Below the pieces are notes generated by a model that was given only the letters and a program-made list of their open reading frames with translations, had not been told where the DNA came from and did not search any database. A stretch of DNA of 64,000 bases from Octopus sinensis (Eukaryota): contig NC_043003.1 in NCBI RefSeq assembly GCF_006345805.1, positions 8,556,001 to 8,620,000 on the forward strand. The letters are read 5' to 3'. This document shows, piece by piece, positions 12,133-26,732 of the stretch (its first letter is position 1; every line of letters starts with the position of its first letter). The position numbers and the translations under genes were made by a program.

Positions 12133-12357
12133 CGCTTGTAAGATTCTCATCCAGGCTGTATTCTCTACAGGGTAGTGTAAAGGACTGAATATCATGGCCA
12201 TCTAGCATAAATGTCATTGGCGTTTCTGTAGAAAAGACCTTGATTTCCGTTAGATGTGAAGTCATTGACCAAATCTTTATGTGGATTCCTTTGTTATATT
12301 TGCAGAAAACATTTGGTATTAGAAAATGCGTCCCACTTGACTGATCGCATAGTGATC
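12133..12357 (-). CDS. Coding exon 3 (225 nt): (G)SLCDQSSGTHFLIPNVFCKYNKGIHIKIWSMTSHLTEIKVFSTETPMTFMLDGHDIQSFTLPCREYSLDENLTS+G
   Basis: Acceptor gttttctctccag|GA and donor AGCG|gtgagt, stop-free, phase 1-1. The S-G-T-H-F motif resembles the start of FCGBP-like N-termini. Confidence 0.85.
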
Positions 12358-14543
12358 CTGGAGAGAAAACAATGATAGATGAAACTTTAATTATAAAATA
12401 AAATTAAAAATGATTTTTCTGTTTTTGCAGAAGGACGGATGCGGCATTGAACCAACGACCACTGCATACACAGGTATTATTTGATCACTCTCTAATGGTT
12501 AGCACGCCGGACAAAATGCTTAGTGACATTTTTCCGGCTTTACATCCTGAGTTCAAATACCGCCGAGGTCTACTTTGCCTTTCATCCTTTCGTGGTCGAC
12601 AAAATAAGTACTAGTCAATTTCTGGAATCGACGTAATCGACTTAATCCCTTCCCTCAGAATCCCAGGCCTTGTGCCTATAGTAGAAAGCATTGTTATATA
12701 TTCTCTTGTCGGGAGGGGCTGAGTGGAACACAATGTTTGTTTCAACGGAATATTTTTTCACAAGTTAGTCTAAAGTTTTCAGAAATCTATACAAAATAAT
12801 AAATAAAAATAGGTGTAATCGATATGGTTGCAGTTCAATTTGAATATCATTCGGTCGATGTCTCAAAAAAAAGAGCAAAAAGAAAACGTTGATCGCAAAT
12901 CTGATGATAAAGAATTGGGGTAAATGTTTATCACAAAGGGTGAATGCTGAGACACTGTAACAGAAAAACGAGTGGGAGAGATTTGATGTCTTGCAAACAA
13001 CTTGCACATGCAAGTGCTACCACTCAAAATCTCCGCATACCGGAAGCCAGCAAGTATATGGGATCATCAGGAGAGAATGCGCGCCGTTTCGGGGCCTACC
13101 TCTCGACGGCATCAATGCGCACCGGCCCCCCCTCACTGATATGAGGCCCCGCTTGCTAGATCAGCTGGTTATCAAATAAAGCTCAATATTCTTCTAGCCA
13201 CCGCTCATCGCCTCTTTTTAACCAAATCCAGTGGCTAGCCGTCTCCACTGTAGATTGGGTATCGGCCATGGTGGTATTGACTTTACGATGAGTTAGGCCT
13301 AGCGATAACAACAGTCCAAAGCAGAAATATTTAGGTTGGTCTGATCGTCTATAAATTTTATGATTAATTCATGTAAATTTGTAACAAAATGACAACAGAC
13401 AGAGCACATAATATCACAGTACATGTAAGAGTAATAAACGTGAAAGCGGTTTTAATCAGGTGGGACCACTGCGTATTATAATACCTTCTAAAGCCGTCTG
13501 ATTTTCAACATGGCCACGCATTTGTTCCGCAACAGATTTCCTAATTGTATAGGATGAAAGCATCAATTTACTGATGAAGGTTTTTCTAAATATCAGAATG
13601 TTTCAAAATGCGTGGTAGAGTTCTGGTAATATCTATGCAACGGTTCTGCTTTTACACTCATAAATATCGCAGACTACATTTAAATGAATGCATCATCACT
13701 CACCATCAGGTTCCAATCACTAACTGTTTCTTTTCTCTCTTTTATCAGTAATGTTGCTGTAACAGCTTTTGAATCTCTGGAGTAGCTCAATCAGAGCCCC
13801 CACCCACACAATTTCACTTTGTTTTTGTCTCTTCTCACATTAACTTTTAAAATATGATGCGTAATCCACGTATTAATCACTTAATCTATCTATCCCTTCT
13901 TATATATGAAGCTCTGTGCTATCACTCATTCACTGTCTACAAATTTATTGTTGTTACAATAAATCATGGGATGAATAACCTGCAAATCTTTGACCGCACG
14001 AGGCCCGTGTGGCCATTTAGTGCGGTGTTCTGGAAGAAGTATGAATTTTGTATTAAAATATACATAATTACGTATGACTAAAAATATTCAGATCTTTCTA
14101 ATGAGTAAGAAAAACACCAAATATGTATATTTTGTGCATCTTCTTTCTTTCTTTTTCGTGTGATTTCAAATTCAAAATTCTAGTCTCACCAAGATTTATC
14201 TAGAAGTGATTATCTTCCCTTATAATAACTGGCCACCAGGGCAGGTTACATCTTTATATTTTTCATTGCATATTCTAACATTTACATTTTGACAATAGTT
14301 ATAAATGCATTTTGTACTTATTATTTGATAATATTCTTTAATAAAACCATATTAAATTCCTTTCAAATATAAAATGGTTCTCTATACCCATGTAGTAAAT
14401 AAACGTTTGACTTTCAACCTACATTCTAACCAGTCAACTAACAGTCCAACTTAATACTAACATAAAAATATATGGAACTATATTAGTTTTAATCAGACTA
14501 AATATTTTCATCAAATACTTTAAGTATTTGGATTTTAAATATT

Positions 14544-14757
14544 CTTCTCTACTATAAGCACAAGGCCCGAAATTTTGGGGCAAGGGAGCCAGTCGTTTAC
14601 ATCGATCCCAGTACGCAACTGGTACTTCATTTATCGACGCTGAAAGGATGAAAGGCAAAGTCGACCTCGGCGGAATTTGAACTCGGAACGTAACGACAGA
14701 CGAAATACGGCTACGCATTTCGCCCGGCGTGCTAACGTTTCTGCCAGCTTGCCGCCT
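14544..14757 (-). mobile_element. SINE family B with 19-bp TSD
   Basis: TSD tatttggattttaaatatt at 14525-14543 and 14758-14776. Confidence 0.92.
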
Positions 14758-15857
14758 TATTTGGATTTTAAATATTGACAAACGTAATTCATTCTTCCTT
14801 TTGCTTATGCTCTGAGAAACCCCAGACAACTGAAAAATTTGTGACTATTGTAATTGTACACATTCTAAGATTTCTTTCACTATTTTAGGTTTTGCAGTGG
14901 TAATATGTGACAGGTAATGGTTTTGTCAGGCAAAGGAAGGTAGCAATTATGTCCCTTGTCAACGGCTCTGAAACTGTTGAGTGAAAGGAAAAGTGGAAGT
15001 TCTTCTCAAACTGGTGGCGTCGCCTGAATGTTTATAACTAAATAGACACCATTAAAGGCATCAAGAGGTAAAATATCAGTGGTAAGGGGTGGAGCTCATA
15101 CGCTGTAGCATCACGTCTTTGCATCTACCATTTGTTGGTGATTGCCTACTCCTGGTGGATGACACCTTTGGCCCACTCAGGTGTCAACTCTTCAACCCAT
15201 GAGTCTGTTTTTGCGTAGTCGTTGCTGGTGAGGCTTTACGAGGGCTAGCGTAAATACTTCCTCGACCTCTTTCAGTCCCTTTTACGACACGCAGAAGAAG
15301 CGTTGGATCCATTCTTTAGCATGCCGGTCTCCACACACCAACTTAAAAATGAAGCGTTTTGCGCTAGAATACAACACGCCACCCAGTCCAAGAATTGAAC
15401 CCAGGACCTAGCGATCGTGAGGGCAAAACCCAAACCACTAGGCTACACACTTGCTCTTCAATTATACTCAGTAAGATCTTGATAAGAAAATATGGAGTGC
15501 TCTGCCAGCAACTCTCAACGAATTTCTTATTATCAAGGATTCTGTAAACCAAGCTCTTTTTTTTTTATTAATAGACTCGGATTATTTTCTAAAGCCAGTT
15601 TAATATATACGGTCGACAACTTTTATAAATACACCGTATTCTAGTATCACATTGCTTTATAAACGATGCAGGAGCAGCACAATATGGTTCACCTTTATCA
15701 TCATATTCCTCCTCCTCCTCCTTCTTTTTCTCTTCCCCTTCCTTCCTCCGCATTGTCGATATCATCCTCTTTATCGTCATCTCTCCTACTACCGTTTATA
15801 ATCTAATGTATTAGTCAACTGCTTGATACCCACAGAGAATAAATCCTATTTAATTAC

Positions 15858-15902
15858 CTTTAAAGTGGTACGCCAAACATAATCCGATGCTCATGGTAAA
15901 CA
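15858..15902 (-). CDS. Coding exon 2 (45-nt micro-exon): (L)FTMSIGLCLAYHFK+G
   Basis: Acceptor tttatttttcag|TG and donor AAG|gtaatt, phase 1-1, open frame, hydrophobic core. Splices in frame to the exon starting at 12357. Confidence 0.75.
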
Positions 15903-16483
15903 CTGAAAAATAAATGGAAATCCATCAGACACAAGTATTGCAATACGAACAAGCAGACACAAATCTACATCAAAGCAGCAAGTAGCACGATCAAATCCAA
16001 TGACACGTAACACAGAATGGTTTCGCAATACGCCGAGGTCCACTTTGCCTTTCGTGATTGATAAAATAAGTACCAGTTGAGCACTAGGACACTAGGACTC
16101 AACCTTTGTCCCCAAATTTCTTGCCTTGTGTCAAAATTTGAAATCAATATTTATAAACGAAGCATCACATCCTCATTGAAATACAAAGGTAATATAGATA
16201 TAAATATAAAATAATAAATGCTCCTTTTTAAAGCCTAGCCAGGCTCATGGGCCCGGTTTCCCGGTTACTATGGCGTATGTGTTCCCCAGCTGGACGGGAC
16301 GCCAGTCCATCGCAACGTTACTCATTTTTGCCAGCTGAGTGGACTGGAGCAACGTGAAATGAAGTGTTTTGCTCAAGAACACAATGCATCACCCGGTCCA
16401 GGAATCGAAACCACAATCTTATGATCATGATGCTGACACCCTAACAACTAAACCACAGGCCTCCACATAGACATAAATACGGA

Positions 16484-16916
16484 TCTATAAAAAAAAACGG
16501 ATCAATAACCTATAATATAAATTGGACATGGGCGATCGTTGTTTTCTTTCTTATCGTGAGGTTCACAGCCAAACGCCCGGGTGGATTCGCATGAAAAATG
16601 GCACACGTGTAGAGACGGGTGCATAGATTGGAATGCAGTTTGTATTTTTTACTTAGACCCCATACTTACCGAGAAAATCGATTAAAAATTTTCTAATGGA
16701 ATTTCCCTCTTTCTTCTGCCATTAAAACAACCAGTTGCTTAGAAGCTGTTTTCTGACGGGGTGGGGTCAGGAATTTTCATATTGTTGGAGGCTCCAACCG
16801 AAACAGGGGACCCGAAATGATAAGGTTGACAAACGCTGTTATAGATTATGCCTAACCGAAAACGATCACAGCCACATCATCCAAACAGACCGGGTGAAAC
16901 GAGGCTTAGCTGCTAG
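16484..16916 (+). mobile_element. Probable second non-autonomous Helitron family
   Basis: A|TCTATAAAA start, degenerate hairpin ccgggtgaaacgagg, and CTAG|T end. Confidence 0.55.
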
Positions 16917-17538
16917 TATAAGTATAAATATAAACGATCAATAATAGACAAGGAAACCCTTTACAAAGAAGGCTTCAAGGATTCTTTTCAAACAACACAG
17001 GAAAATAGAATATAATTATAGAAACATGTTTCCTTACTCAACAGAAAACAACATTCTTTCTAATTTTCAAGGCCCGTAGAATTTCAGGGGTAAAGGTTAG
17101 TGGATAACCCTTAAGCTTGGCTGGTACTAATTTTCTTATTTTGTGCGCCGATCCTCACCTGTGGTCATGAATGTTAGGTAACAACTGACCGGGTACGATC
17201 GCACATAAAAACAGCCGCAACGGGATTCCTGCTACGAAGGATGCTTGGAGTAACGTCCTTGGACTGGGTGTGTAGCTCGTAGAAGAGAAAGTCTCTGCAG
17301 GTCGAATCGCTACATGTAAGATTCTAGAACAGATATCACGAATGCTTTGATTTATTTCTCTTTTATTTTCCCTCTTATATCAGCATGACTAAGCCACCTT
17401 TTAAGGAAATTGAGACCAGTTGCATATGTTTATGAGAATTTAATTACTTTCCTTTTTTTAATCCATGATAATGTTCTCAAACCACGTTTTTTTTCCTTTT
17501 GTTTCATAAGGTATATCTACTCGTGTAAAAACCGCTTA

Positions 17539-17588
<50 letters not shown>

Positions 17589-17607
17589 GTATACATGATG
17601 CGTATAC

Positions 17608-17640
<33 letters not shown>

Positions 17641-17661
17641 ATATATATGTGTGTATGTATG

Positions 17662-17712
<51 letters not shown>

Positions 17713-17750
17713 CTATCTATCTATATATATATATATATGTGTGTGTGTGT

Positions 17751-17790
<40 letters not shown>

Positions 17791-18749
17791 ACACCTTGTA
17801 CGTGGATACTGAAAATTCTTCATTGAACTTTATATTTTCTTAAGACATAAAATGTCCATTAAATTCTTTATATGAGAATATATTGTCGTACTTCTAAGTA
17901 TTTGGGGAGATCACTGGCCATGCTAGATTAAGAACATTGAACCGCATATATCTACGTTTTTATGCTTATCTTCAATTAAATCAACATTACTCACTGGTAT
18001 GACTACTGTGCGTTACACAAATCGTTTAAAACATGCAATCTAAATTTTTCTGAGCTAAATTGTTTTCGCAAAGCAAAGAGACAGATTCAATCTCATTGAC
18101 AGAACAAGCCACGGAGTAAGAAGTTGCTACGTAAGAAACTAAAATAAAGCTAATTAGATACTCGTTGTGGTACTAGATGTGTAGCTTTAGTCCTCTGCCG
18201 TTTCAATATTTATTTGAAAGCCTAAGCGAAGTCGTCCATCATCTATTAGAGAATGGAAGAAAATGGCTAAACGTTTTGCTGTCATCGAAGACCAATCCTG
18301 ACTTTATTGATACGCCTACGCCGATGTTTACGCGGTTTTTCGCCTTTGAACCTCATTAATTTCTTGCCAATCACATCTATAAAACTGTTGAAATTTCGTT
18401 TATTGATAAGAAAGATTTGTATTATTCACAGAAAAGACATTTAATTGCTTCTGAGTCAAGCTCTTAGCAACGTCGCTGCTTAGCTAGCTGTTACAATCGT
18501 TCTTGGGAAGAAGAGGACAGAATTTTCAGTTTGGTCAATAGAGAAAAGATTTTCTAGGTTCATACTTTAAATACACTGTATGGAAAAAAATGAACATTTC
18601 AAGTTGTGCATCAAGGATCGACTGAGCTCTTAAACAAACACGGACACGCGCACACATGCAGACACTACATACATACATACATACATACATACATGCATAC
18701 ATACATACATACATATATACATAGTTCCGTGCGTTGGCACTTATCAAAG

Positions 18750-18818
<69 letters not shown>

Positions 18819-19068
18819 GGGTCAGTTGGGCACCGTCTGTGAGAAAAGCAGTAATTCACTCTGCTAGAAATTTGGAAACGACATGCTGCACTGTTTGGCA
18901 CAATCAAATTCAAACAACGCGCATGCGCGAAATTGGGGAACACATACGCCATAGAAACCGGGAACCCGGGCCCATGAGCCTAGCTAGGCTTTAAGGGGCG
19001 CATTTATTATTCTACATTATATCTATATTACCTTTGTATTTCGATGAGGATGCGATGCTTAGTTTGTA

Positions 19069-19184
<116 letters not shown>

Positions 19185-20829
19185 GAATGTGTTTTATGTC
19201 AGGTTGTATAAAAAAACTATTTAACATAAATTGCTCAATACATTTAAGTAGAGTACATGCTTATTAAAGTTTTTACAAGGACAGGAGTGATAGTGACTTC
19301 GCAGTCTCGTCCTGCTATCTTTCATCGGATAGTCCGACGTAGGTCAGCTGGCCGAATCGTCGGAGTCAGTCTCATCCCTCTTCTTGTAAAATTTTGATAA
19401 ATGAGTAAATACACACACTCACACACATGCACACAAGAGCCCCCTTGTGTTTGTGTAATTAAAACCAAAAATAACATACGTGTACACACTCATACAGGTA
19501 TATGTGCTATATGCACATGTGTGTGTGCGTTTACTGTCTTTCTAATTTTTTAATTCTTCCTATAAAATTAGATGTTTACTAACAGAGAAATAAAATTCTA
19601 TCACCGGAATTTTAGATAATAAAAATAAGGTAAATAAATGAATGATAAAGTTACATGTTGAATTTAAGGTAATGTTGTTCCGATATCAGATTGAACTGAC
19701 AGAGAGCATGTTAACTAGAACATTTTGATGACCCGAAAAATTGAGAATGTCGAGATCTTTACTTAATCACTTAGTAACATAACGAAGTGTATAAATGATC
19801 GTGGATGTATATCTACATTATTACCAATGTACACACACACACACACACAGTACACTCGCATGTAAGATAAATTTCTTCACTTATAGATCTTTATATGATC
19901 ATACCAAATTGTTGTATATGTACATATATATATATATGTGTATGTGAGTATAAATACATACGTTTATATGAATACAAAAATTGAGACACACACACGTGTG
20001 TGTGTGTATGTGTGTGTGAGTGTGTGTGCGCGCACAAAATGTCTGCAAAGTATATACTATGTATGTACCTCATCATCAAAGTTAATGACTTAACCTGAAG
20101 TAAGTTATGAAACAACTGTAACCAAACGGAAATATCAAATCTTCTTTTGCTTTTCATGTTTCTTGCTCCTTTCCTCTTTTGCTTATTATATACTCCACTA
20201 TGAAGGAATACTGCTCTGTTTCTCCCAGATTTTCAAAGCATAGTTATCTTAAATTATGTCGTAATTTCATTGATGTGTGATATGATAGCCAGTTCCTCAG
20301 CCAGAATGGTTACCGTGATTTCTCCGAATCTGGCAAAGTGGCAGAACCGTTAGCATAACGAACAAAATGCTTAGCTCAATTTCGTCCTTGTTTACGATCT
20401 GTACCGTTCATCATTTAAGGGTCGATAAAATAAGTACCAGATGAACACTGGGGTCGATGTAGTCGACTTACTCCCCTCCTGGTGAGTGCTCAACACCGAG
20501 TTCATGGATAAAGATGCTTTATTTCTGTATTAAGGCTACCATTTGTTTCATGTTAAGGAAGTACCTTAATATTTCAACAATTTTTCAAGCCGATCACACG
20601 GAGGAATGATTTTTGCTTCCATTTTGAAGTGAGAGTGTGTGTGTGTGTGTGCGCGCGCGCCTGTGTGTGTATGTGTGTGTGTGCGCGCGCGCGCGTGTTT
20701 GTGTGTGTGTGTGAAAGTAAGTACTTAAGTAATTATTAACTCATATTTGCAGACTGTTATCAACATGTAAAATTTGAGATTTGAAGCTGTGTTCGTCAAG
20801 CGATTTGGTCGGCCCCGAATATATATATA

Positions 20830-21342
20830 CTAGCAGTATCGCCCGGCGTTGCTCGGGTTTGTAAGGGAAATAACTATATAAGCATTTTTAGAGAGTTACT
20901 TCCCTTATAGATGCCAATTCGGGCTTTCTTAGCCATTTCTGTTTTGGTGTCTTCAAGCCATGAAGTCGTTGTTCTAAAAGAACGCTGGTCTCCTTGACAA
21001 CGCTTTACGACGTTGATTTCCTTACACTCCCTTCCCCACAGCTTCACGAGGGAGGGAAGAAGGGTGAGAGGCAAACAGGTGCAGGTGTGACCATGGACGC
21101 CAACTCCGCCGCTATCGACACACGAAAAATTATGCATTAAAATGGAATAAAAAATGATGTTAAATTATTTTTTAAATCGTAGACTCATCGTAGACGCGCG
21201 CTAATACTCAGACGGGCTCGATATGAATCACGACTATAAGATACCCGAATTTGGTTAAACTGCACCGCAAAATGTGGGAGTAGTTAGGAATCTAAATCGA
21301 AGGAGGCAGACACTCACACAACTACAGTTTTATATATATAGA
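20830..21342 (-). mobile_element. Non-autonomous Helitron, same family, different interior
   Basis: Same termini and hairpin, with a distinct ~220-bp internal segment. Confidence 0.9.
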
Positions 21343-22275
21343 TATCCAATCTTAAAAATATACCTGTTTTTAGATATAACTTTACTTCAGCCAAGTTTAA
21401 CACAATCAAATATATATTAGGCTAATTTAACTTCAGCGAAGAGATAAATAGCACAATATTATCTTCGCGAATTATTATTTATGGCTGAATAATCTCTCTT
21501 TATGTCAGCTATTCTGCCATGAAATCCCTGATGAGGTGGAAATTAGCTTATTTATAGACAAAAATAGGATGAGGCGGATAACTGTACATTCAAAAATTTT
21601 GATGTAATTTTATACATAAATTCTATACGTTAATCGCATCCTTTTAACTTTTATCATTTACTTCTTTATAGCAACTGGACTGCGGCCATGATGGAGCACC
21701 GTCTTGAAAGGAGTTTTGGTGGAACAAATTCACACCAGTACTTCTAAGTCAGATGCTTATTCTATCGGTCTTTTCTGCCGAACCCCTACGTTACAGAGAC
21801 GAGAAGAAACCAAGTGGTGGTGGTGGTGGCGGCGGTGGTGATGGTGATGGTGGTGGTGATGATGGGGGGGTGATGGGGTGATGACAATCCCAGACACAAA
21901 GACACACACACACACTCATAGACATTTATTTAATTCACTCACAAGTCATGGTAGGCCCAGGGTAGTCTCTCGCCCAAGCTGTGGCGCCAGGGGACGGAAA
22001 CTGGAACTACGTGGTTAAAAGCGAGCTTCTTAACCACAAACCATTCCTGGTCACATTCATTACTGTGACGTTATCTAAGTAAACTAAATGTTGTCGGCAT
22101 GGCAACGAATGAATCTTTGACTAATTATTATGGCAGTCGCTTGCAGGAATCCGTTATATTACAACATACAATTGCCAAGTGGAATAAACTGGATTGCAAT
22201 GAGGAAGATACCGAATAAACACATAGCTATCTCCAATTCGATTTTCATGCCTATCTTCACGTATTGTGAAGAATA

Positions 22276-22675
22276 GGCGCAGGAGTGGCTGTGTGGTAAG
22301 TAGATTGCTTACCAACCTCATGGTTTCGGGTTCTGTCACACTGCGTGGCACCTTAGGCAAGTGTCTTCTACTAGAGCCTCGGGCCGACCAAAGTCTTGTG
22401 AGTGGGTTTGGTAGGTGGAAACTGAAAGAAGACCGTCGTATATATGTACATATATGTATGTGTGTGTTTGTTGTGTCTGTGTTTGTCTCCCCAACATCGC
22501 TTGACAACCGATGGTGGTGTGTTTACGTCCCCGTAACTTGGCTGTTCGGCAAAAGAGACCGATAGAATACTAGGCTTACAAAGAATAAGTCCTGGGGTCG
22601 ATTTGCTCGGTTAAAAGCGGTGCTCCAGTATGGCCACAGTCAAATGACTGAAACAAGTAAAAGAGTAAAAGAGTA
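22276..22675 (+). mobile_element. SINE family A
   Basis: Same head, body and aagagtaaaagagt tail. Confidence 0.9.
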
Positions 22676-22685
22676 ATGTTTGTTA

Positions 22686-23305
22686 ATCCCTTCTACAATA
22701 GGCACAAGACCTGAAATTTTGGGCGAGGTGGGGGACAGTCGATTAGATCGATCCCAGTACGCAACTGGTACTTAATTTATCGATCCTGAACGGATGAAAG
22801 GCAAAGTCAACCTCGACGAAATTTGAACTCAGAACGTAAAGACAAACGAAATGCTGCTAAGCAATTCGCCCGGCGTGCTAACGATTCTTATTTCTTTATT
22901 GCCCACAAGGGGCTAAACATAGAGAGGACAAATAAGGACAAAGGGATTAAGTCGATTGCATCGACCCCAGTGCGTAACTGGTACTTAGTTTACCGACCCC
23001 AAAAGGATGAAAGGCAAAGTCGATCTCGGCGGAATTTGAACTCAGAACGTAACGGCAGACGAAATATCTATTTAGATTTCTTTACTGCCCACAAGGGGCT
23101 AAACACAGAGAGGACAAACAAGGACAGACAAACGGATTAAGTCGATTATTTCGACCCCAGTGCGTAACTTGTAGTTATTTAATCGACCCCGAAAGGCTGA
23201 AAGGCAAAGTCGACCTCGGCGGAATTTGAACTCAGAACGTAACGGCAGACGAAACACGGCTACGCATTTCGCCCGGCGTGCTAACGGTTCTGCCGGCTCG
23301 CCTCC
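22686..23305 (-). mobile_element. Three tandem family B SINEs
   Basis: Same units and junctions as the 5257-5878 cluster. Confidence 0.85.
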
Positions 23306-23324
23306 TTGAAGAATGTTTGTTAAT

Positions 23325-23550
23325 GACGAAAGAATACGATTACAAATGTAAGTGGCCGAAATGGGATTCCTCGGAAGGACTTCTAGAGTAATGTTACTCA
23401 ACAGGGTGCGTAACTCAGAGATCAGAGCGTCTCTGCAAGTTGTGTCTCTGCTTCTCCGCATTGACAGGTTACATCTCCGGTGCGATGAACATGGGATTAG
23501 AATGTTGCAGGAAAGGATCACAATATGAATCCTTGAAGCCGAGCCAACCG
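23325..23550 (+). mobile_element. RTE-clade LINE RT C-terminal fragment
   Basis: VAEMGFLGRTSRVMLLNRVRNSEIRASLQV..LLLRIDRLHLR resembles the RTE pattern AAEM.FLRR..DRVR...IR. Confidence 0.75.
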
Positions 23551-23886
23551 TCACAAGACCTAACGGTTGACGATATCCTTAGTCTCACTTGGTCACGCTT
23601 TCCACCACCCCCTAGTTTCACTTATTGAACTACAGCCATGCTGATGCACCGCGTGGAAGGGTCTTGTCAAACAAATCAAGCCATAACACTTTGTTTTAAA
23701 AGTCTGGTACTTATTATATCGGTCTGTTTTACCGAACTGCTAAGTGTAAGGGGGCAAGCACAAATACAATAGTATACATGCATACAAACATACATACATA
23801 CATACATACATACATACATACATGCATGCATGCATGCATACATACATACATACATACATACATACATACATACATACATACAACTA

Positions 23887-24060
23887 GGAAGGAGAAAGCT
23901 AATTCGAAAACTACAGATTCAATCCATAACTGGAACTGTAAAATTCTGTAAAACTTTCCAGAAGTTTCTCATTTAAATATATATGAGCATGTCTACATAA
24001 GCAGCTATATGCATAAGAATGCATACATAAAGCAAAACATACAAATTTAAACATATACAT
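23887..24060. repeat. ~170-bp direct repeat, second copy at ~25055-25225
   Basis: aaggagaaagctaattcgaa..gcaaaacatacaaat occurs twice, about 1.17 kb apart. Confidence 0.8.
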
Positions 24061-24117
24061 ACATACATACACATACACACACACATACATACATACATAC
24101 ATACATACATACATACA

Positions 24118-24192
<75 letters not shown>

Positions 24193-24735
24193 TAATATAA
24201 ATACGTTCCCTAGTAGTAGCTTTACCCGCAGTGAATTATTCACTGCAGCCCTTCGCTTCAGGAGTCTCTTAGCGCGCCGGAACCAAGACATTTGAAATTT
24301 TATTCCCGATGTAATCAGTAAGACTAAGCACGTGTCTGTCTTGACACAGAGAGCTGGGGTTAGTCTTTCAGTTTGCATCTCGAGGACCGAATGTACTGAA
24401 GAAGTCACGGACACTTGAATTATGCAAGTAATTCTTTTGTTAAGACCGAACCGAGGTATGTATTTAAGTCTGTTTTTTATTTAATTTTTCATATGTCCTG
24501 CCCGCCAAATTTGGTTCTGGTGTTCGCTGAATTCTTCCTCTAGAGAATTTCCCTTGTAGTTTGATCGTTGATGATCTATTTCTAGCATTCTGGCCGGCTA
24601 CCTAGCAGGCCAGCCCTGCCAATACACATATATTTGAATTTTCTCTGACTCCTCAGATTTTTTGAATGCTGGACTACTGGTTTTAATTGATATTAAAATT
24701 AATATTAATTTATCTCCCTCAATTTTTAATATATA

Positions 24736-24776
<41 letters not shown>

Positions 24777-25254
24777 ATGATGGCTGCCCCCTCGTTATCG
24801 AGTATGGTCATTGCACGAATCTTAACTATTATTGGTGCTGTGATCGAATGTGACTTTTTAGCCCAGCTAAGGATGTTAACATAAAGCTGAAGCTCAGTAA
24901 AAAAGAGAACACCTATGCTGAACTACTGAGAAATCTGCTGTTACTCTATCCAGATTACAAGATCAGGTTTATACCTGTAATTTATTGGGGCCCTGGGATA
25001 TGTAACACACTGCCTAAATACCAATCTTGAGAAATTAGTCTTCTCAAAACCTGAAAGGAGAAAGCTAATTCGAAGACTACAGATCCATTCCATCACTGTA
25101 ACTGTAAAAATCTGTAAAACTTTACAAAAGTCTATCATTTAAATATATATGATCATGTCTAGATATGCAACTATATGCATCAGAATACATACATAAAGCA
25201 AAACATACAAATCTGCACATATACATACATACATGCGCGCACAAACAAACACAT

Positions 25255-25290
<36 letters not shown>

Positions 25291-25293
<3 letters not shown>

Positions 25294-25447
25294 AGAATTT
25301 TTTAATAGATACGATAGAAGCACCAAGGCTGTGTAGATATTAGAGTATTTATATATAGATATCTATCTATAAATCTATCTATCTATAAATGCTCTAATAT
25401 CTACACAGACTTGGTGCTTTTATTTTATTACGCAAAAAAATTCTTAT
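25291..25447. repeat. ~155-bp imperfect palindrome next to (TA)n
   Basis: agcaccaaggctgtgtagatattagag / ctctaatatctacacagacttggtgct. Confidence 0.8.
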
Positions 25448-25624
25448 ATACACACGCTGACATAGAACCAACGTTGAACCCTTAATTCGCAATATTACCG
25501 AATCTGGAACCTAACTATGGTCTGTCTATAGCACTTATTCAGCATTGCCTGACACCTTTGGGTCTCAATGACACCATTATTTCTTATATATATAAGGCGC
25601 ATTATTTCTTATATATATATTATA

Positions 25625-25796
25625 GGCGCAGGAGTGGCTGTGTGGTAAGTAGCTTGCTAACCAACCATATGGTGCCGGTTCAGTCCCACTGCGTGGCATC
25701 TTGGGCAAGTGTCTTCTGCTATAGCCCCGGGCCGACCAATGCCTTGTGAGTGGATTTGGTAGACAGAAACTGAAAGAAGCCTGTCGTATATATATG

Positions 25797-25846
<50 letters not shown>

Positions 25847-26048
25847 TGTATCTATGTTTGCCCCCCTAGCATTGCTTGACAACCGATGCTGGTGTGTTTA
25901 CGTCCCCGTCACTTAGCGGTTCGGCAAAAGAGACCGATAGAATAAGTACTAGGCTTACAAAGAATAAGTCCCGGGGTCGATATGCTCGACTAAAAAAGGC
26001 GGTGCTCCAGTATGGCCACAGTCAAATGACTGAAACAAGTAAAAGAGT
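25625..26048 (+). mobile_element. SINE family A
   Basis: Same head, body and tail. Confidence 0.9.
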
Positions 26049-26732
26049 ATATACTAAGACCTTTCATAGAGTTTCTTTCGACCAAATTCACACTCAAGTC
26101 TATGGTCGGCCCAAGGTTAAAGTAGAAGAATGCCTCACATTGGGACTGAACTCGAAACCCCGAGGTTGTAAAGTGAGCTTCTTAACCATACAGCTATGAC
26201 TACGCCTACGTATAAAGCTTTTTTCTTGCCGCAAACACAAGAGATTTTTCATCCGACATTACTTTGAACCGACATTCATATATCACAGGTCTTAAATCAA
26301 GAACACCAATATACCAAAGCAACATTTCAGTAAAATATTTAGCTTTATATTGTCTGTGTCTTTACTATTCCTCTGTTTTACTGCCATAACATTAACAGCT
26401 ATCGATTTTAAGAGCTTTCACGACGGTGATATTATCACGTAAATCGGTGACCGAATGGCATTAGAGGCAAATTTCCGGGCCATGCTGGTTAATTAGGCAC
26501 AGATCCAAATTTGGTATGCTCACGTGAAGAGGTTTTTAATGTTAATTCCCTTTCTAATTAATTTCAGTAATACCCTTGCTCACTTTCCTCTGTCAGATAC
26601 CATTTATCAACCTAACCTATTCAACCAGATTGCAGAGATAAAGGATTCAGCTCGTTATACAGTCACTTATCATAAAAGTTTTCATAAACTTTTTATACAA
26701 TAACTATGATTATTTAAGAGCATCTCTTCTTC

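Noticed and set aside
16660-16730. Strong minus-strand donor CG|GTAAGT
   Set aside because: Lies inside a Helitron-like element with no convincing open exon upstream.
19891-20157. ORF MKSKRRFDISVWLQLF as an alternative first exon
   Set aside because: Available donors are phase 0 or 2, not phase 1, and it is a poor signal peptide.
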